Of a stretch of DNA of 64,000 nucleotides, positions 28,991 to 39,413 are shown one piece after another. Each line of letters begins with the position of its first letter. Position 1 is the first letter of the stretch. The notes beneath the pieces are model-generated. The model did not search any database. It had not been told where the DNA came from and was given only the letters and a program-made list of their open reading frames with translations. The position numbers and the translations under genes were made by a program. The stretch is from Longimicrobiales bacterium (GTDB taxonomy: Bacteria; Gemmatimonadota; Gemmatimonadetes; Longimicrobiales; Gaopeijiaceae): assembly GCA_965204735.1 (NCBI GenBank), contig OZ242008.1:3520001-3584000 (forward strand). Direction: 5' to 3'.

Positions 28991-31900
28991 ATGCGCCGCT
29001 TGCCGTCCCACGCTGCCACGCCCGTCGCAGCCCTTGCTTCCCTCTCGACCATCCTCGTCGCGGCTTGCTCCGAGAGCATCGGCCCCTCGGACGTCGAGCC
29101 GCCCGAGCCTCCGCCGCTGCGGATCGCGGGCACCTACGCCGAAACAGGGGCGTACTCGGCCGACGCCCGCGCCATGGCGGACGGTTACAGACTCGCCGTG
29201 GAGATGCTCAACGAGCAGGGCGGCCTCGGCGGGCGCACCGTGCAGCTCGACCTGCGCGACGACGCCAGCGACCCGGGCGCTGCCGCCGAGATCTACCGTC
29301 GGCTGGCGGCGGACAGCACGATCGACCTGCTCCTCGGCCCCTTCAGCAGTCCCGTCACGGAAGCAGTGCTCCCGATCGTGGAGGCGGCGGGACGACCCTT
29401 CGTGGCCTCGATGGCCTCGTCCCCCGAGCTTTGGGAGGATCGGCAGCGCCAGTGGAGCGTCCAGCTTCTGGCGTCCGCCAGGAGCTACCTGCAGGGCTCG
29501 GTGGAGCTGGCCGCCGCGGAAGAGCTCGAGACCGTCGCCCTGGTGTGGGAGGACTCCCGCTTCCCCAGCTCGGTGGCCAGCGGCGTCCGCCAGGCCGTTC
29601 GGGAAGCCGGAATGCGCATCGTCCTGGACCAGTCCTACCCGGTGGGCGCCGCGGACCACGCGGCCTTGGCGACGGCCGTCATGGAGTCGGGCGCCGAGGT
29701 GCTTCTCGGAGGCGGCTACCGGAACGACGGGATCGAGCTCGCCAAGGCCCTGGGAGCAGTGGGACACGCTCCCCGGCTCGTGAGCCTGGTGATCGGCGCG
29801 GCGGACCCGGCGTTCGCCGAGGCGGCCGGCGAGCTGGCTCGCTGCGTGGCCGGCTACACCCCTTGGTCGCCCTCCATTCCCACCCAAGGCGGCTTGGCGA
29901 GCAACGCCGAGTTCGTCGAGCGCTTCAGGCAGGCTCGCGGCCGCGCCCCGGGCTATTTGGCGGCCGGCGGCTTCGCGGCGGTCGAGCTTCTCGCCGAAGC
30001 CGCCCGGGCCACGATCGGTCCTTCGGGCGAGATCGACGACGGCGCCCTGCGGGACTACCTCTTCGCCACCTCCACGCAGACGGTCCTGGGACCCTACGGA
30101 GTCGTCGCCCGCGGCGAGTCCGACGCCGGCGGCCAGCGGGCCCTTGTGGGACTTCAGGTCCAGTGGCAGGACGACGGCGCGGGAGGACTGGTCCAGCGGA
30201 TCGTCCACCCCTCCGCCTTCGCCAACGCCCAGGCGTGCTTCAACCCGCCCGACCCCGATCCGATCCGGGTGGCGGCCACGATCTCGGAGACCGGGCCCAG
30301 GCGGCGCAACGCCACGGACATGCACCGGGGCTACCGCTTGGCGGTCGAGATGCTCAACGAGCAGGGGGGCGTCGGCGGCAGGCCCGTCGAGCTCGTGACG
30401 GCGGACGACGGAAGCGCGCCGCGCACGGCTGCGGTCCTCTACGAGCGGTTCGTCGCGGACACGACGATCGACGTGGTCGTCGGTCCGTACAGCAGCTCGG
30501 TGACGGAAGCGGTGATCCCCGTGGTGGAGGCGGCGGAGATGCCGTTCGTCACGCCGTTGGCTTCCTCCACCGAGCTCTGGGAGGGACAGAACCGCCAGTG
30601 GACGGTCCAGATGGCCAGCCCCGGGCGGGCATCGCTGCGGGGCGCCGTTCAGCTGGCGGCGGAAGCGGGCGCCAGAACGGTCGCCGTCGTCTGGGAGGAC
30701 TCGCGATTCCCCGAGTCGGTGGCCGAAGGCGTGCGGCGGGAGGCCGGCATCAGAGGCGTGCGGATCGTGCTGGCCCGCTCGTTCCGCAGCGGTCGGGCCG
30801 ACCACGAACGGCTCGTCGCGGCGGCCAAGGAGGCGCGGGCGGACGTCTTCGTCGTCGGCGCCTACTTCGACGACGGAGTGGCGTTCGTCAGGGCCATGGA
30901 AGAGGTCGACTACACGCCCATGCTGGCGGCTTTCTCCACGGCGCCGGCCGACGCGGCGTTCGTCGAGGCGGCGGGCGCGAAGGCGCGGTGCGTGGCGGGC
31001 AACGCTTCATGGGTCCCGGCGGTCCGCACCCGGGGACCGATCGCCGACGGCGCCGAGTTCGCGCGACGCTATCGGGAGGCTTACGGCGGCGCGCCGAACT
31101 ACCGCTCGGCGTCTGCGTTCGGGGCCGTGGAGCTCCTCTCCATGGCACTCTCCGAGTCGATGGGGGAGGACGGCGAGATCGACGACGCCGCCGTGCGGGA
31201 CTACCTCTTCGCCGCGGACGTCGAGACGGTCCTGGGGCCGTACGCGGTCTTGCCCTTGGGGGCGGCGGCGGCAGGCAGCCAGTACCGGTTGCAGGGCCTC
31301 CTGATCCAGTGGCAGGACGACGGAGAGGGCGGCTTGGTGCAGCGGATCGTCCATCCGAGACGCCAGGCCGACGGGGAGGCGTGCATTGCCCCCCGCCCGC
31401 TCCGAATCGCGGGCACCTACCCGGCGACCGGCGTTCTGAGCCCCGATGGAGCGAACATGCACAGGGGCTACGCCCTTGCCGTGGAGATGCTGAACGAGCG
31501 GGGCGGGATCGCGGGCCGTCCCGTGGAGCTGACGCTCCAAGACGACCGGAGCGCTCCCCGGACCGCGGCCGAGATGTACGAGGAGTACGCGGCCGACGAG
31601 ACGATCGATCTGCTCCTGGGTCCGTACAGCAGTCCGATCACCGAGGCCGTGCTGCCGGCGACGGAAGCTGCGGAGCGGCCCCTGATCGCTGCGGGCGCCG
31701 CGTCGTCCGCGCTCTGGGCCGGCCGAAACCGGCGGTGGAGCGTGCAGCTGATCAACCCGGCCCGAACGTTCCTGCAAGGAGCGGTGGAGATGGCGTCGCA
31801 GCGCGGCGGCGTCACCACGGCAGCACTGGTGTGGGAAGACACGCGCTTCCCCGAGTCGGTGGCCGAAGGCGTGCGGGCGGCGGCGGCCGACGCCGGCGTG

Positions 31901-33679
31901 AAAGTGGTGATGGACCGCTCCTACCGGGCGGGCCGCGCCGACCACGAAGCCCTGGCCGCGGCGGCCAAGGAGGCGGGCGCGGAGCTCTTCATCGGCGGCG
32001 GCTACCGAAACGACGGCATCGCCTTCACCAGGGCCGTCGCCGCAGTGGGCTACGAGCCCCGGCTGATCAGCCTCGCCCTCGGCCCCGACGACCCGGGCTT
32101 CGCGGAAGAGGTGGGCGACGAGCTGGCCCGCTGCGTGGCCAGCCAGGTCCAGTGGCTGCCCTCGCTCCGCCACCGAGGTTTCTTGACCGACACCGAGACC
32201 TTTGCCCGGCGCTTCCGGGAGCGCTGGGGAGTTCCGCCCCACTCCCACAGCGCAACCGCCTTCGGCGCCTTGGAGCTGCTGGCGCAGGCGACCGCTGCGA
32301 CCGTCGGTCCCAACAGCGAGGTCGACAACCGCGCCCTTCGCGACTACCTCTTCGCCACCACCGCCGAAACGGTGACCGGTCCCTACGGGGTCGCTCCCCT
32401 CGGGGACCCGGAGGCCGGCGTGCAGCGGGCGCTCAAGAGCCTCCAGGTCCAGTGGCAGGACGACGGGCAGGGCGCCTTGGCGCGACGGATCGTCCACCCG
32501 GAGGCCGCCGCGCAGGCGCGGCCGTGCTTCAACGGGCCGGCCCCGATCCGGATCGCAGCCTCCTACCCCGCCACCGGCTACCTGCGCAACGACGGCGGCA
32601 AGATGCGCAACGGCTACGAGCTCGGCGTGCGGATGCTCAACGAGCAGGGGGGGATCGGCGGGCGGAAGGTGGAGCTGACGACCCGCGACGACGGCAGCGA
32701 CCCCGAGAGGGCCGCGGCGATCTACCGCGAGTTCGTCGCGGACGAGACGATCGATCTGGTGCTGGGCCCTTACGCCAGCCCGATCACGGAGGCCGTGATT
32801 CCGGTCGTCGAAGCGGCGGAGCGTCCGTTGATCGCGGCGATGGCGGCGTCCACCGAGCTGTGGGTCGGTCGGGACCGCCGGTGGAGCGTGCAGATGCTCA
32901 ACTCGGCCCACACCTACCTGCTCGGCTCGGTGGAGCTCGCTGCCGCGAACGGGGCCGCGACGGCGGCTCTGGTGTGGGAAGACACGCGCTTCCCCGAGTC
33001 GGTGGCCGGGGGCGTGCGCGCCGCCGTGGCGGAGCACGGCCTGCGGCTCGTGATGGACCAGTCGTATCCGGCAGGGGCCGCCGACCACGAGGCGCTGGCC
33101 AGGGCGGCGAAGGAAGCGGGCGCCGATCTCTTCGTCGGGGGCGGCTACCTGGACGATGCCGTCGGCCTCACCAAGGCGGCCGCGGCCGTCGAGTACGTGC
33201 CCAAGCTCATGAGTTGGAACATCGGACCCGCCGACCCCAACTTCGCCGAGCTGGCGGGCGACGCGGCCCGGTGCGTCGCGGGCAACACGCCATGGATCCC
33301 GTCGATCCGCACCAGAGGCGCCCTTGCCGACAGCGAGACCTTCGTTCGGCGCTACGAGGAGGCGTTCGGAGACGTGGAGGGCTACCATGCCGCCGGCGGC
33401 TTCGGCGCCGTCGAGCTCTTGGCCGAAGGGCTGCGGGCGACGATGGGCCAGGACGGCGAGATCGACGAAGCGGCCTTGCGGGACCATCTCTTCGGCGTTT
33501 CCACCGAGACGGTCATGGGACCCTTCGCGGTGGCCCCCTTGGGCCACGAGGCGGCGGGCACGCAGCAGGCGTTGACCGGCCTCCAAGTCCAGTGGCAGGA
33601 CGACGGCGAAGGAGGACTGGCGCAGATGATCGTCCATCCGGCGTCCGCGGCCAACGCCGAGGCCTGCTTCAACCGCTAA
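28991..33679 (+). CDS. Lipoprotein with four tandem LivJ-type (branched-chain amino acid family) substrate-binding domains
   Basis: LVAAC lipobox; four ~380-aa repeats each with GYxLxVxMLNExGG, GP(Y/F)xS, VWEDxRFP, QWQDDG. Confidence 0.9.
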   Translation: MRRLPSHAATPVAALASLSTILVAACSESIGPSDVEPPEPPPLRIAGTYAETGAYSADARAMADGYRLAVEMLNEQGGLGGRTVQLDLRDDASDPGAAAEIYRRLAADSTIDLLLGPFSSPVTEAVLPIVEAAGRPFVASMASSPELWEDRQRQWSVQLLASARSYLQGSVELAAAEELETVALVWEDSRFPSSVASGVRQAVREAGMRIVLDQSYPVGAADHAALATAVMESGAEVLLGGGYRNDGIELAKALGAVGHAPRLVSLVIGAADPAFAEAAGELARCVAGYTPWSPSIPTQGGLASNAEFVERFRQARGRAPGYLAAGGFAAVELLAEAARATIGPSGEIDDGALRDYLFATSTQTVLGPYGVVARGESDAGGQRALVGLQVQWQDDGAGGLVQRIVHPSAFANAQACFNPPDPDPIRVAATISETGPRRRNATDMHRGYRLAVEMLNEQGGVGGRPVELVTADDGSAPRTAAVLYERFVADTTIDVVVGPYSSSVTEAVIPVVEAAEMPFVTPLASSTELWEGQNRQWTVQMASPGRASLRGAVQLAAEAGARTVAVVWEDSRFPESVAEGVRREAGIRGVRIVLARSFRSGRADHERLVAAAKEARADVFVVGAYFDDGVAFVRAMEEVDYTPMLAAFSTAPADAAFVEAAGAKARCVAGNASWVPAVRTRGPIADGAEFARRYREAYGGAPNYRSASAFGAVELLSMALSESMGEDGEIDDAAVRDYLFAADVETVLGPYAVLPLGAAAAGSQYRLQGLLIQWQDDGEGGLVQRIVHPRRQADGEACIAPRPLRIAGTYPATGVLSPDGANMHRGYALAVEMLNERGGIAGRPVELTLQDDRSAPRTAAEMYEEYAADETIDLLLGPYSSPITEAVLPATEAAERPLIAAGAASSALWAGRNRRWSVQLINPARTFLQGAVEMASQRGGVTTAALVWEDTRFPESVAEGVRAAAADAGVKVVMDRSYRAGRADHEALAAAAKEAGAELFIGGGYRNDGIAFTRAVAAVGYEPRLISLALGPDDPGFAEEVGDELARCVASQVQWLPSLRHRGFLTDTETFARRFRERWGVPPHSHSATAFGALELLAQATAATVGPNSEVDNRALRDYLFATTAETVTGPYGVAPLGDPEAGVQRALKSLQVQWQDDGQGALARRIVHPEAAAQARPCFNGPAPIRIAASYPATGYLRNDGGKMRNGYELGVRMLNEQGGIGGRKVELTTRDDGSDPERAAAIYREFVADETIDLVLGPYASPITEAVIPVVEAAERPLIAAMAASTELWVGRDRRWSVQMLNSAHTYLLGSVELAAANGAATAALVWEDTRFPESVAGGVRAAVAEHGLRLVMDQSYPAGAADHEALARAAKEAGADLFVGGGYLDDAVGLTKAAAAVEYVPKLMSWNIGPADPNFAELAGDAARCVAGNTPWIPSIRTRGALADSETFVRRYEEAFGDVEGYHAAGGFGAVELLAEGLRATMGQDGEIDEAALRDHLFGVSTETVMGPFAVAPLGHEAAGTQQALTGLQVQWQDDGEGGLAQMIVHPASAANAEACFNR

Positions 33680-33699
33680 GCCGCGACCTCGCCGGAGCC

Positions 33700-34809
33700 G
33701 TGCCCGAGCACCCCGACGACCAGCGGCCCCGAATCCGCCTGAGCACCCTTTCCCACGGGGCCGGGTGAGCGTGCAAGCTCGGCCGGGCCGAGCTGGCGCA
33801 GGTCCTGCGTCCACTTCTACCTGAGCACGAGGGCGGCTCGCGGCAGGTCGCGGGCGGCGCCGTTCGCGCGGCCGGCGACCCCCAGGTGCTGGTGGACGCC
33901 AGCACGGGAGACGACGCCGCCGTGTACTTGGTGGCCCCCGACCGGGCGCTGGTGGTCACCCTCGACTTCTTCACGCCGATCGTCGACGACCCCTACGACT
34001 TCGGGCGCATCGCGGCGGCCAACGCCCTCTCGGACGTGTATGCGATGGGAGGGACGCCGCTCTTCGCCCTCAACCTCCTCTCGTTCCCCCGGGGACTGCT
34101 CTCCGAGGGGCTGGCCGAAGAGATCGTCCGAGGCGGCGCCGACAAGGCGGCGGAAGCGGGCGTGCCGGTGCTGGGGGGCCACTCCATCGACGATCCCGTG
34201 CCCAAGTACGGGATGGCGGCCGTGGGCGAGGTCCATCCGGAGAAGGTGCTGGCCAACGACCGCGCGCGACCCGGCGACCGCCTCGTTCTGACGAAGCCCC
34301 TCGGCACGGGAGTCGTGGCGACCGCCGTGAAGAACGGCGAGTGCCCGTCGGAAACCCTTGCCGCGGCGGTGGAGACGATGGCGCGGCTGAACCGAGACGC
34401 CGCCGAGGCCGCCCGGGCAGCGGACGCCCGGGCCGCCACCGACGTGACCGGCTACGGCCTGACGGGACACCTTCACGCCATGCTCCAGGCGTCGGGGGCG
34501 TCGGCCCGGATCGACTCCGCCCGGGTTCCCCTCTTGAAGGGGGCGGTGGAGCTCGCCGAGGCGGGCCACGTCCCCGGGGGCACCCGGCGCAACTTGGCGG
34601 AGGCCGACAACCACGTCTCCTGGGAACGCGACGTTCCGGCGGTCCTCAGGCTGCTCCTCGCCGACGCCCAAACCTCGGGCGGTCTGCTGATCGCCTGCCC
34701 GCCGGATCGAGCGGCGCGGCTCCTGAAGGAGGCAGCGGCCAGAAACGTTCCCGCCGCACAGATCGGCCAAGTCGAGGCGGGTCCGGGCGGGCGGATCCTG
34801 GTGGTCTAG
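33700..34809 (+). CDS. selD: Selenide, water dikinase, selenocysteine-containing (UGA at codon 23)
   Basis: GTG 33700, RLSTLSHGAG-TGA-ACKLG in frame with GDDAAVY, DFFTPIVDDP, ANALSDVYAMGG, TDVTGYGL, DAQTSGGLL. Confidence 0.92.
33766..33813 (+). promoter_or_regulatory. Putative bacterial SECIS element
   Basis: After TGA: hairpin agctcggc/gccgagct and GGCGCAGGTCCTGCGTCC hairpin resembling the GCAGGUCUGC fdhF SECIS apex. Confidence 0.6.
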
Positions 34810-34870
34810 CTCCAGCGCCTGCGTCGTGCCGCGCTCGGGCCGGCCGCCGCGCTCCGGCCCGGACGGCCCG

Positions 34871-37435
34871 CTACGCTTGGGCGGGCACCACGGCGGCGGC
34901 TTCCGGCACCGCCGGCATCGTCGGCGCCCGGGTCGTCGCTTTCTTCCGGGGCGGGTGGACGGCCAGCGCCACCACCCGGTCCAGGTCGTCGACCAGGTGG
35001 ACCGTCAGGGAGTCCCGGACGGCGTCGGGCAGGTCCTCCAGGTGGGATTCGTTCTCCCTGGGCAGGATCACCTCCAGTATCCCCGCCCGCACCGCGCCCA
35101 GGACCTTCTCCTTCACGCCGCCGATGGGCAGCACCCGCCCCGTGAGCGTGAGTTCGCCGGTCATCGCCAGGTCGCTTCGCACCTTCCGGCCCGACACCGC
35201 CGAGATCAGGGCCGTGGCCATCGTGATCCCCGCCGAGGGGCCGTCCTTGGGCACGGCGCCCGCGGGCACGTGGATGTGGGTGTCCCGATCGTCCAGGGCG
35301 CCCTTCTCGATCCCCAGCGCACGGTAGTTGCTCTTGGCGTACGAGAGGGCGGCCCGCGCGGACTCCTTCATCACGTCGCCGAGCTGGCCCGTCAGCGCCA
35401 GCTTGCCGTCGCCGTGCATGACCGAGGCCTCCACGAACATGATGTCGCCGCCCATCGGCGTGTAGAACATTCCCGTGGCCACGCCCGTCGCGTCCTCGTT
35501 CGCCTTGCGCTCCGGGTGCACGCGAGGCCGCCCCAGCAGCTCGGCGACGCTCTCCGCGGTCACCCCAATGCTCTCGGTCTCGCCGGACGCGATCTTGCGG
35601 GCGACCTTGCGCGCCAGCTTGCCCAGCTCCCTCTCGAGCTGCCGCACGCCGGCTTCGTGCGTGTACTTCTGGATGACCGTCAGCAGCGCGTCTTCGGCGA
35701 TCTCCAGCTCGCCTTCCTCGAGCCCCGAGTGCCGCGTCTGCCGGGGAAGGAGGTACCGTCGCGCGATCTCCACCTTCTCCTGCTCCGTGTAGCCCCTGAA
35801 CTCCACCGTCTCCATGCGGTCCAGCAACGGCCTGGGAATGCGGTCGGCGTAGTTGGCGGTGGCGATGAAGAGCACCTCGGACAGATCGAAGGGAATCCCC
35901 AGGTAGTGGTCGAAGAAGGTGGAGTTCTGGGCCGGGTCGAGAACCTCCAGCAGCGCGGAGCTCGGGTCCCCCTGAAAGGACGTTCCCAGCTTGTCCACCT
36001 CGTCGAGCAGGAAGACCGGGTTCTTGTTCCCCGCGTCCTTCATTCCCTGAATGATCCGTCCGGGCATGGCGCCGACGTAGGTGCGGCGGTGGCCCCGAAT
36101 GTCCGCCTCGTCCCGCGCGCCGCCCAAGGAGATGCGGATGTACTTTCGTCCTATGGAGCGGGCAATCGACTGGGCGATGCTGGTCTTGCCCACCCCTGGC
36201 GGCCCCGCGAAGAGCAGGATCGGTCCCTTGCCGCCGAAGGTGGGCGGTTCTTCGCCTGCTTCGCTCTCGTCGTCGCCCGCGTCGGCCCCTTCGGGCGCTT
36301 CGGCGGTCTCGGCAACGTCGGCGGCGTCGGCAACGGCGGTGTCGGCAGCGGCGGCGCCTTCGGCTCCGTCGCGCGCTGCATCGTCTTCGGAAGTCCCCTC
36401 GAGCCTCTCCTGCTGAAGCTTCCGCACCGCCAGGAACTCCAGCACCCGGTCCTTGACGTCGCTGAGCCCGTAGTGGTCCTCCTCCAGGATCTCCTGGGAC
36501 CGCGTCAAGTCCAGCTTGTCCTCGGTCCGAACGCTCCACGGCAGCTCGGTGATCCACTCCAGGAAGGTACGGATGACTTGGTACTCGGCCGACTGGGGCG
36601 AGGTGCGGTTCAGCCGACGAAGCTCCCGCTCCACTTCCCTGCGGGCCTGCTTGCCCAGCTCCAGGGCGGCGAGGCGCTCCCGGAGCTCGTCCAGCTCGTC
36701 CCGCTCGCCTTCCTCGCCCAGCTCCTTGCGGATCTGCTTCATCTGCTCCCGCAGGAGCATCTCCCGCTGACGTTCTCCCAGCTCCTCCTGGACCTTGGCC
36801 TGGATGTCCTCCTGGGCGTCGAGGCGCACTAGAGCCCGCTTGACGGCGACGAGCACCGCCTGCATCCGCGTCTCGTCCTCCAACGTCTCCAGCAGCCCCT
36901 GCTTCTCGCCGGTCTCCAAGTCGAGGTAGAAGCCCACCAAGTCCGCGAAAGCGCCCGGGTCCTCCACCCCTTCGATCAGCTGGCTGACCGCCTCCGACGA
37001 GACGCCTTGGCGGGCGCTCAGCTCCGCCGCCCGCTCCCGAAGCTCCGTGTCCAGCGCCAGGAACGACGGGTCGTCGCCGACCGCCGGGCGGGTGCGCTCC
37101 ATCGACACCAAGGTGGCGCGCAGCATGGCCTCGCCCTCGTTCAGGTACGCCAGGGCGCGGCCCCGCCCTTCCCCCTGGACCAGGAGCTGGATGCCGCCTC
37201 GCACGCGATGGGTCTGGATGACCCGAACCACCGTGCCCACGGCGTAGAGGATCTGGGGATCGGCTTCCTCCTGGTTGTCCCGCTGGGCGACTGCGAACAG
37301 CCTGCGGTCGCCCTCCAGCGCCTGCTGGACCGCCTCTATCGTTCCCGTGCGGCCGGCCGAGATGGGCACGGCCACGCCCGGATAGACCACCGTGTCCCGG
37401 AGGGGAAGCACCGGCAGCGAGAAGCGCTTCTTCAT
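34871..37435 (-). CDS. lon: Endopeptidase La (Lon)
   Basis: LPVLPLRD, GPPGVGKTS, RGHRRTYVGAMPG, PKDGPSAG, PIGGVKEK. Confidence 0.97.
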   Translation of the reverse strand: MKKRFSLPVLPLRDTVVYPGVAVPISAGRTGTIEAVQQALEGDRRLFAVAQRDNQEEADPQILYAVGTVVRVIQTHRVRGGIQLLVQGEGRGRALAYLNEGEAMLRATLVSMERTRPAVGDDPSFLALDTELRERAAELSARQGVSSEAVSQLIEGVEDPGAFADLVGFYLDLETGEKQGLLETLEDETRMQAVLVAVKRALVRLDAQEDIQAKVQEELGERQREMLLREQMKQIRKELGEEGERDELDELRERLAALELGKQARREVERELRRLNRTSPQSAEYQVIRTFLEWITELPWSVRTEDKLDLTRSQEILEEDHYGLSDVKDRVLEFLAVRKLQQERLEGTSEDDAARDGAEGAAAADTAVADAADVAETAEAPEGADAGDDESEAGEEPPTFGGKGPILLFAGPPGVGKTSIAQSIARSIGRKYIRISLGGARDEADIRGHRRTYVGAMPGRIIQGMKDAGNKNPVFLLDEVDKLGTSFQGDPSSALLEVLDPAQNSTFFDHYLGIPFDLSEVLFIATANYADRIPRPLLDRMETVEFRGYTEQEKVEIARRYLLPRQTRHSGLEEGELEIAEDALLTVIQKYTHEAGVRQLERELGKLARKVARKIASGETESIGVTAESVAELLGRPRVHPERKANEDATGVATGMFYTPMGGDIMFVEASVMHGDGKLALTGQLGDVMKESARAALSYAKSNYRALGIEKGALDDRDTHIHVPAGAVPKDGPSAGITMATALISAVSGRKVRSDLAMTGELTLTGRVLPIGGVKEKVLGAVRAGILEVILPRENESHLEDLPDAVRDSLTVHLVDDLDRVVALAVHPPRKKATTRAPTMPAVPEAAAVVPAQA

Positions 37436-37675
37436 GTACCCGTCGCCTTGGTCGTGACTTGGTGACCTGATCGCGAGTCGCCGGCCCTGCGTCGGGACCT
37501 CCGCCACCTGATCGGACCCGGCGCCTGCCTGCGACCATTCTATCCTGCCCCTTGCCCCACCTGCCAGACCTTACGGAGACGTCCGCGCCTCGGTTACATT
37601 CGCCCGGCGGCCAGCTCCGCCGCCGGCCCCGACGGTCCCCGAGCCACGACAACCCCGAGCCACGAGGACGATGCA

Positions 37676-39412
37676 ATGCTCCCGCGCCGGCTTCCGCCTC
37701 TCGCCCTGGCGTTCTTCGACCGTCGCCGACCCTGCCGGTCCTGCGCCGTCGGCCCGCGCCGGCTTCCGCCCCTCGCCCTGGCGTTCTTCTGCGTGGCGTC
37801 CGCGTCGCCCATGAGCGCCCACGCCCTTCAGCACAGCATGGCCGCCCGGTCGACGGTGTACGCGCCGCGGGCGGCGGCCGCAACGAGCCAGCCGCTGGCC
37901 ACCTCCGCCGCGCTTGCGATCATGGACCGCGGCGGCAACGCGGTCGACGCGGCCGTGGCGGCCGCCGCCGTGCTCAACGTGGTGGAGCCGCACATGACCG
38001 GCGCCGGGGGAGACGCCTTCGCCATCGTGTGGTGGGCCGAGACCGGAGAGCTGGTGGGGCTCGACGCCAGCGGCCGGAGCGGGAGCGGGATGACGGTGGA
38101 GGCGTTGCGGAGCCGGGGCCGCGAGCGGACGCCCGGGTCGGGGGCCGAGGCGGTGACGGTTCCCGGCGCCGTGTCGGGGTGGCACGCCCTGGTGGACGCC
38201 TACGGGAAGCTGGAGCTGGCCCAGGTCCTGGCGCCGGCAATTCGCATTGCAGAAGAGGGCTTTCCGGTCACGCCGATCATCGCCCGCCAGTGGGCTGCGG
38301 CAGCGGAGAAGCTGGCGGCGGACGAAGGCGCCCGAGCCACCTACTTGGTGGACGGGCAGCGGGCGCCGAGGGCGGGCGAGTGGTTCGCCAACCCGGACTT
38401 GGCCCGTTCGTTCCGCCGGATCGCCGACAAGGGTCCGGGCGTTCTCTACGGCGGCGCGCTGGGAGAAGAGCTGGTCCGGGGCGTCCAGGCGCTGGGCGGC
38501 TTCGTCACGCTCCAGGACATGGCGGCCCACCAGCCCCGCTGGGTCGAGCCCCTGAGCGCCGACTTCCGGGGCTGGACGGTCTGGGAGCTGCCGCCCGCGG
38601 GACAGGGCATAGCGGCGCTGGAGCTGCTGAAGCTGCTGGAGCCCTTCGACCTGGAGGGCATGGGCCACAACTCGGCCGAGTACCTGCATCACCTGATCGA
38701 GGCCAAGAAGGTGGCCTTCGCCGACCTCCACCGCTACATCTCCGACCCCGAGAGCATGGAGATCGACCCCCGGTCGCTCTTGGAGCCCGGCTTCGTGGAC
38801 GCCCGCCGGCGGCTCATCGACCCCCGGGCGGCGGCCGAACGGGTCGAGCCCGGCCCCGCCGTCACCGACTCCGAGACGATCTACCTGGCGGTCGCCGACG
38901 CGGACGGCAACATGGTGTCGTTCATCAACTCGATCTACTCGTCCTTCGGTTCCGGCGTGGTGGTCCCGGGGACCGGCTTCGCGCTCCAGAACCGGGGCGC
39001 CGGGTTCGTGATGGAGGACGGGCACCCCAACCAGGTCGGGCCTCGCAAGCGTCCCTTCCACACGATCATTCCCGGCTTCGTCACCAGGGACGGCGCGCCC
39101 CGCATGGCGTTCGGGCTCATGGGCGGCTCCATGCAGCCCCAGGGCCACGCCCAACTGCTCCTCAACATGCTGGTCTTCGGCATGGACCCGCAGGAAGCAG
39201 TGGACGCGGCGCGCTTCCGCCACTTCTCCGGGCGGTCGGTGGCGGTCGAGGGAATCGACGCGGAGACGGCGGCCGATCTGGAAGCCAGGGGGCACGAGCT
39301 CGCCGACTGGACCCGCGCGGACTTCGGCGGCGCCCAAGTGATCGTTCGGCTCTCCAAGGGGTGGGCCGCCGCCTCGGAACCGAGAAAGGACGGCCACGCC
39401 GCCGGCAACTGA
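37676..39412 (+). CDS. ggt: Gamma-glutamyltransferase
   Basis: GGNAVDAAVA, VEPHMTGAGGD, ETIYLAVAD, KRPFHTIIP, MGGSMQPQGH. Confidence 0.92.
   Translation: MLPRRLPPLALAFFDRRRPCRSCAVGPRRLPPLALAFFCVASASPMSAHALQHSMAARSTVYAPRAAAATSQPLATSAALAIMDRGGNAVDAAVAAAAVLNVVEPHMTGAGGDAFAIVWWAETGELVGLDASGRSGSGMTVEALRSRGRERTPGSGAEAVTVPGAVSGWHALVDAYGKLELAQVLAPAIRIAEEGFPVTPIIARQWAAAAEKLAADEGARATYLVDGQRAPRAGEWFANPDLARSFRRIADKGPGVLYGGALGEELVRGVQALGGFVTLQDMAAHQPRWVEPLSADFRGWTVWELPPAGQGIAALELLKLLEPFDLEGMGHNSAEYLHHLIEAKKVAFADLHRYISDPESMEIDPRSLLEPGFVDARRRLIDPRAAAERVEPGPAVTDSETIYLAVADADGNMVSFINSIYSSFGSGVVVPGTGFALQNRGAGFVMEDGHPNQVGPRKRPFHTIIPGFVTRDGAPRMAFGLMGGSMQPQGHAQLLLNMLVFGMDPQEAVDAARFRHFSGRSVAVEGIDAETAADLEARGHELADWTRADFGGAQVIVRLSKGWAAASEPRKDGHAAGN
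37681..37789. repeat. 37-bp direct repeat pair with 35-bp insert, in frame in the ggt N-terminus
   Basis: cccgcgccggcttccgcc(t/c)ctcgccctggcgttcttc at 37681-37717 and 37753-37789. Confidence 0.92.
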
Positions 39413-39413
39413 A

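Noticed and set aside
28924..33814. Very long alternative-frame ORFs (e.g. 28924..33768 +, 31007..33814 -, and similar elsewhere)
   Set aside because: Arg/Gly/Pro-rich shadow frames expected at this GC content; only the last 23 codons of 28924..33768 are real (SelD start).
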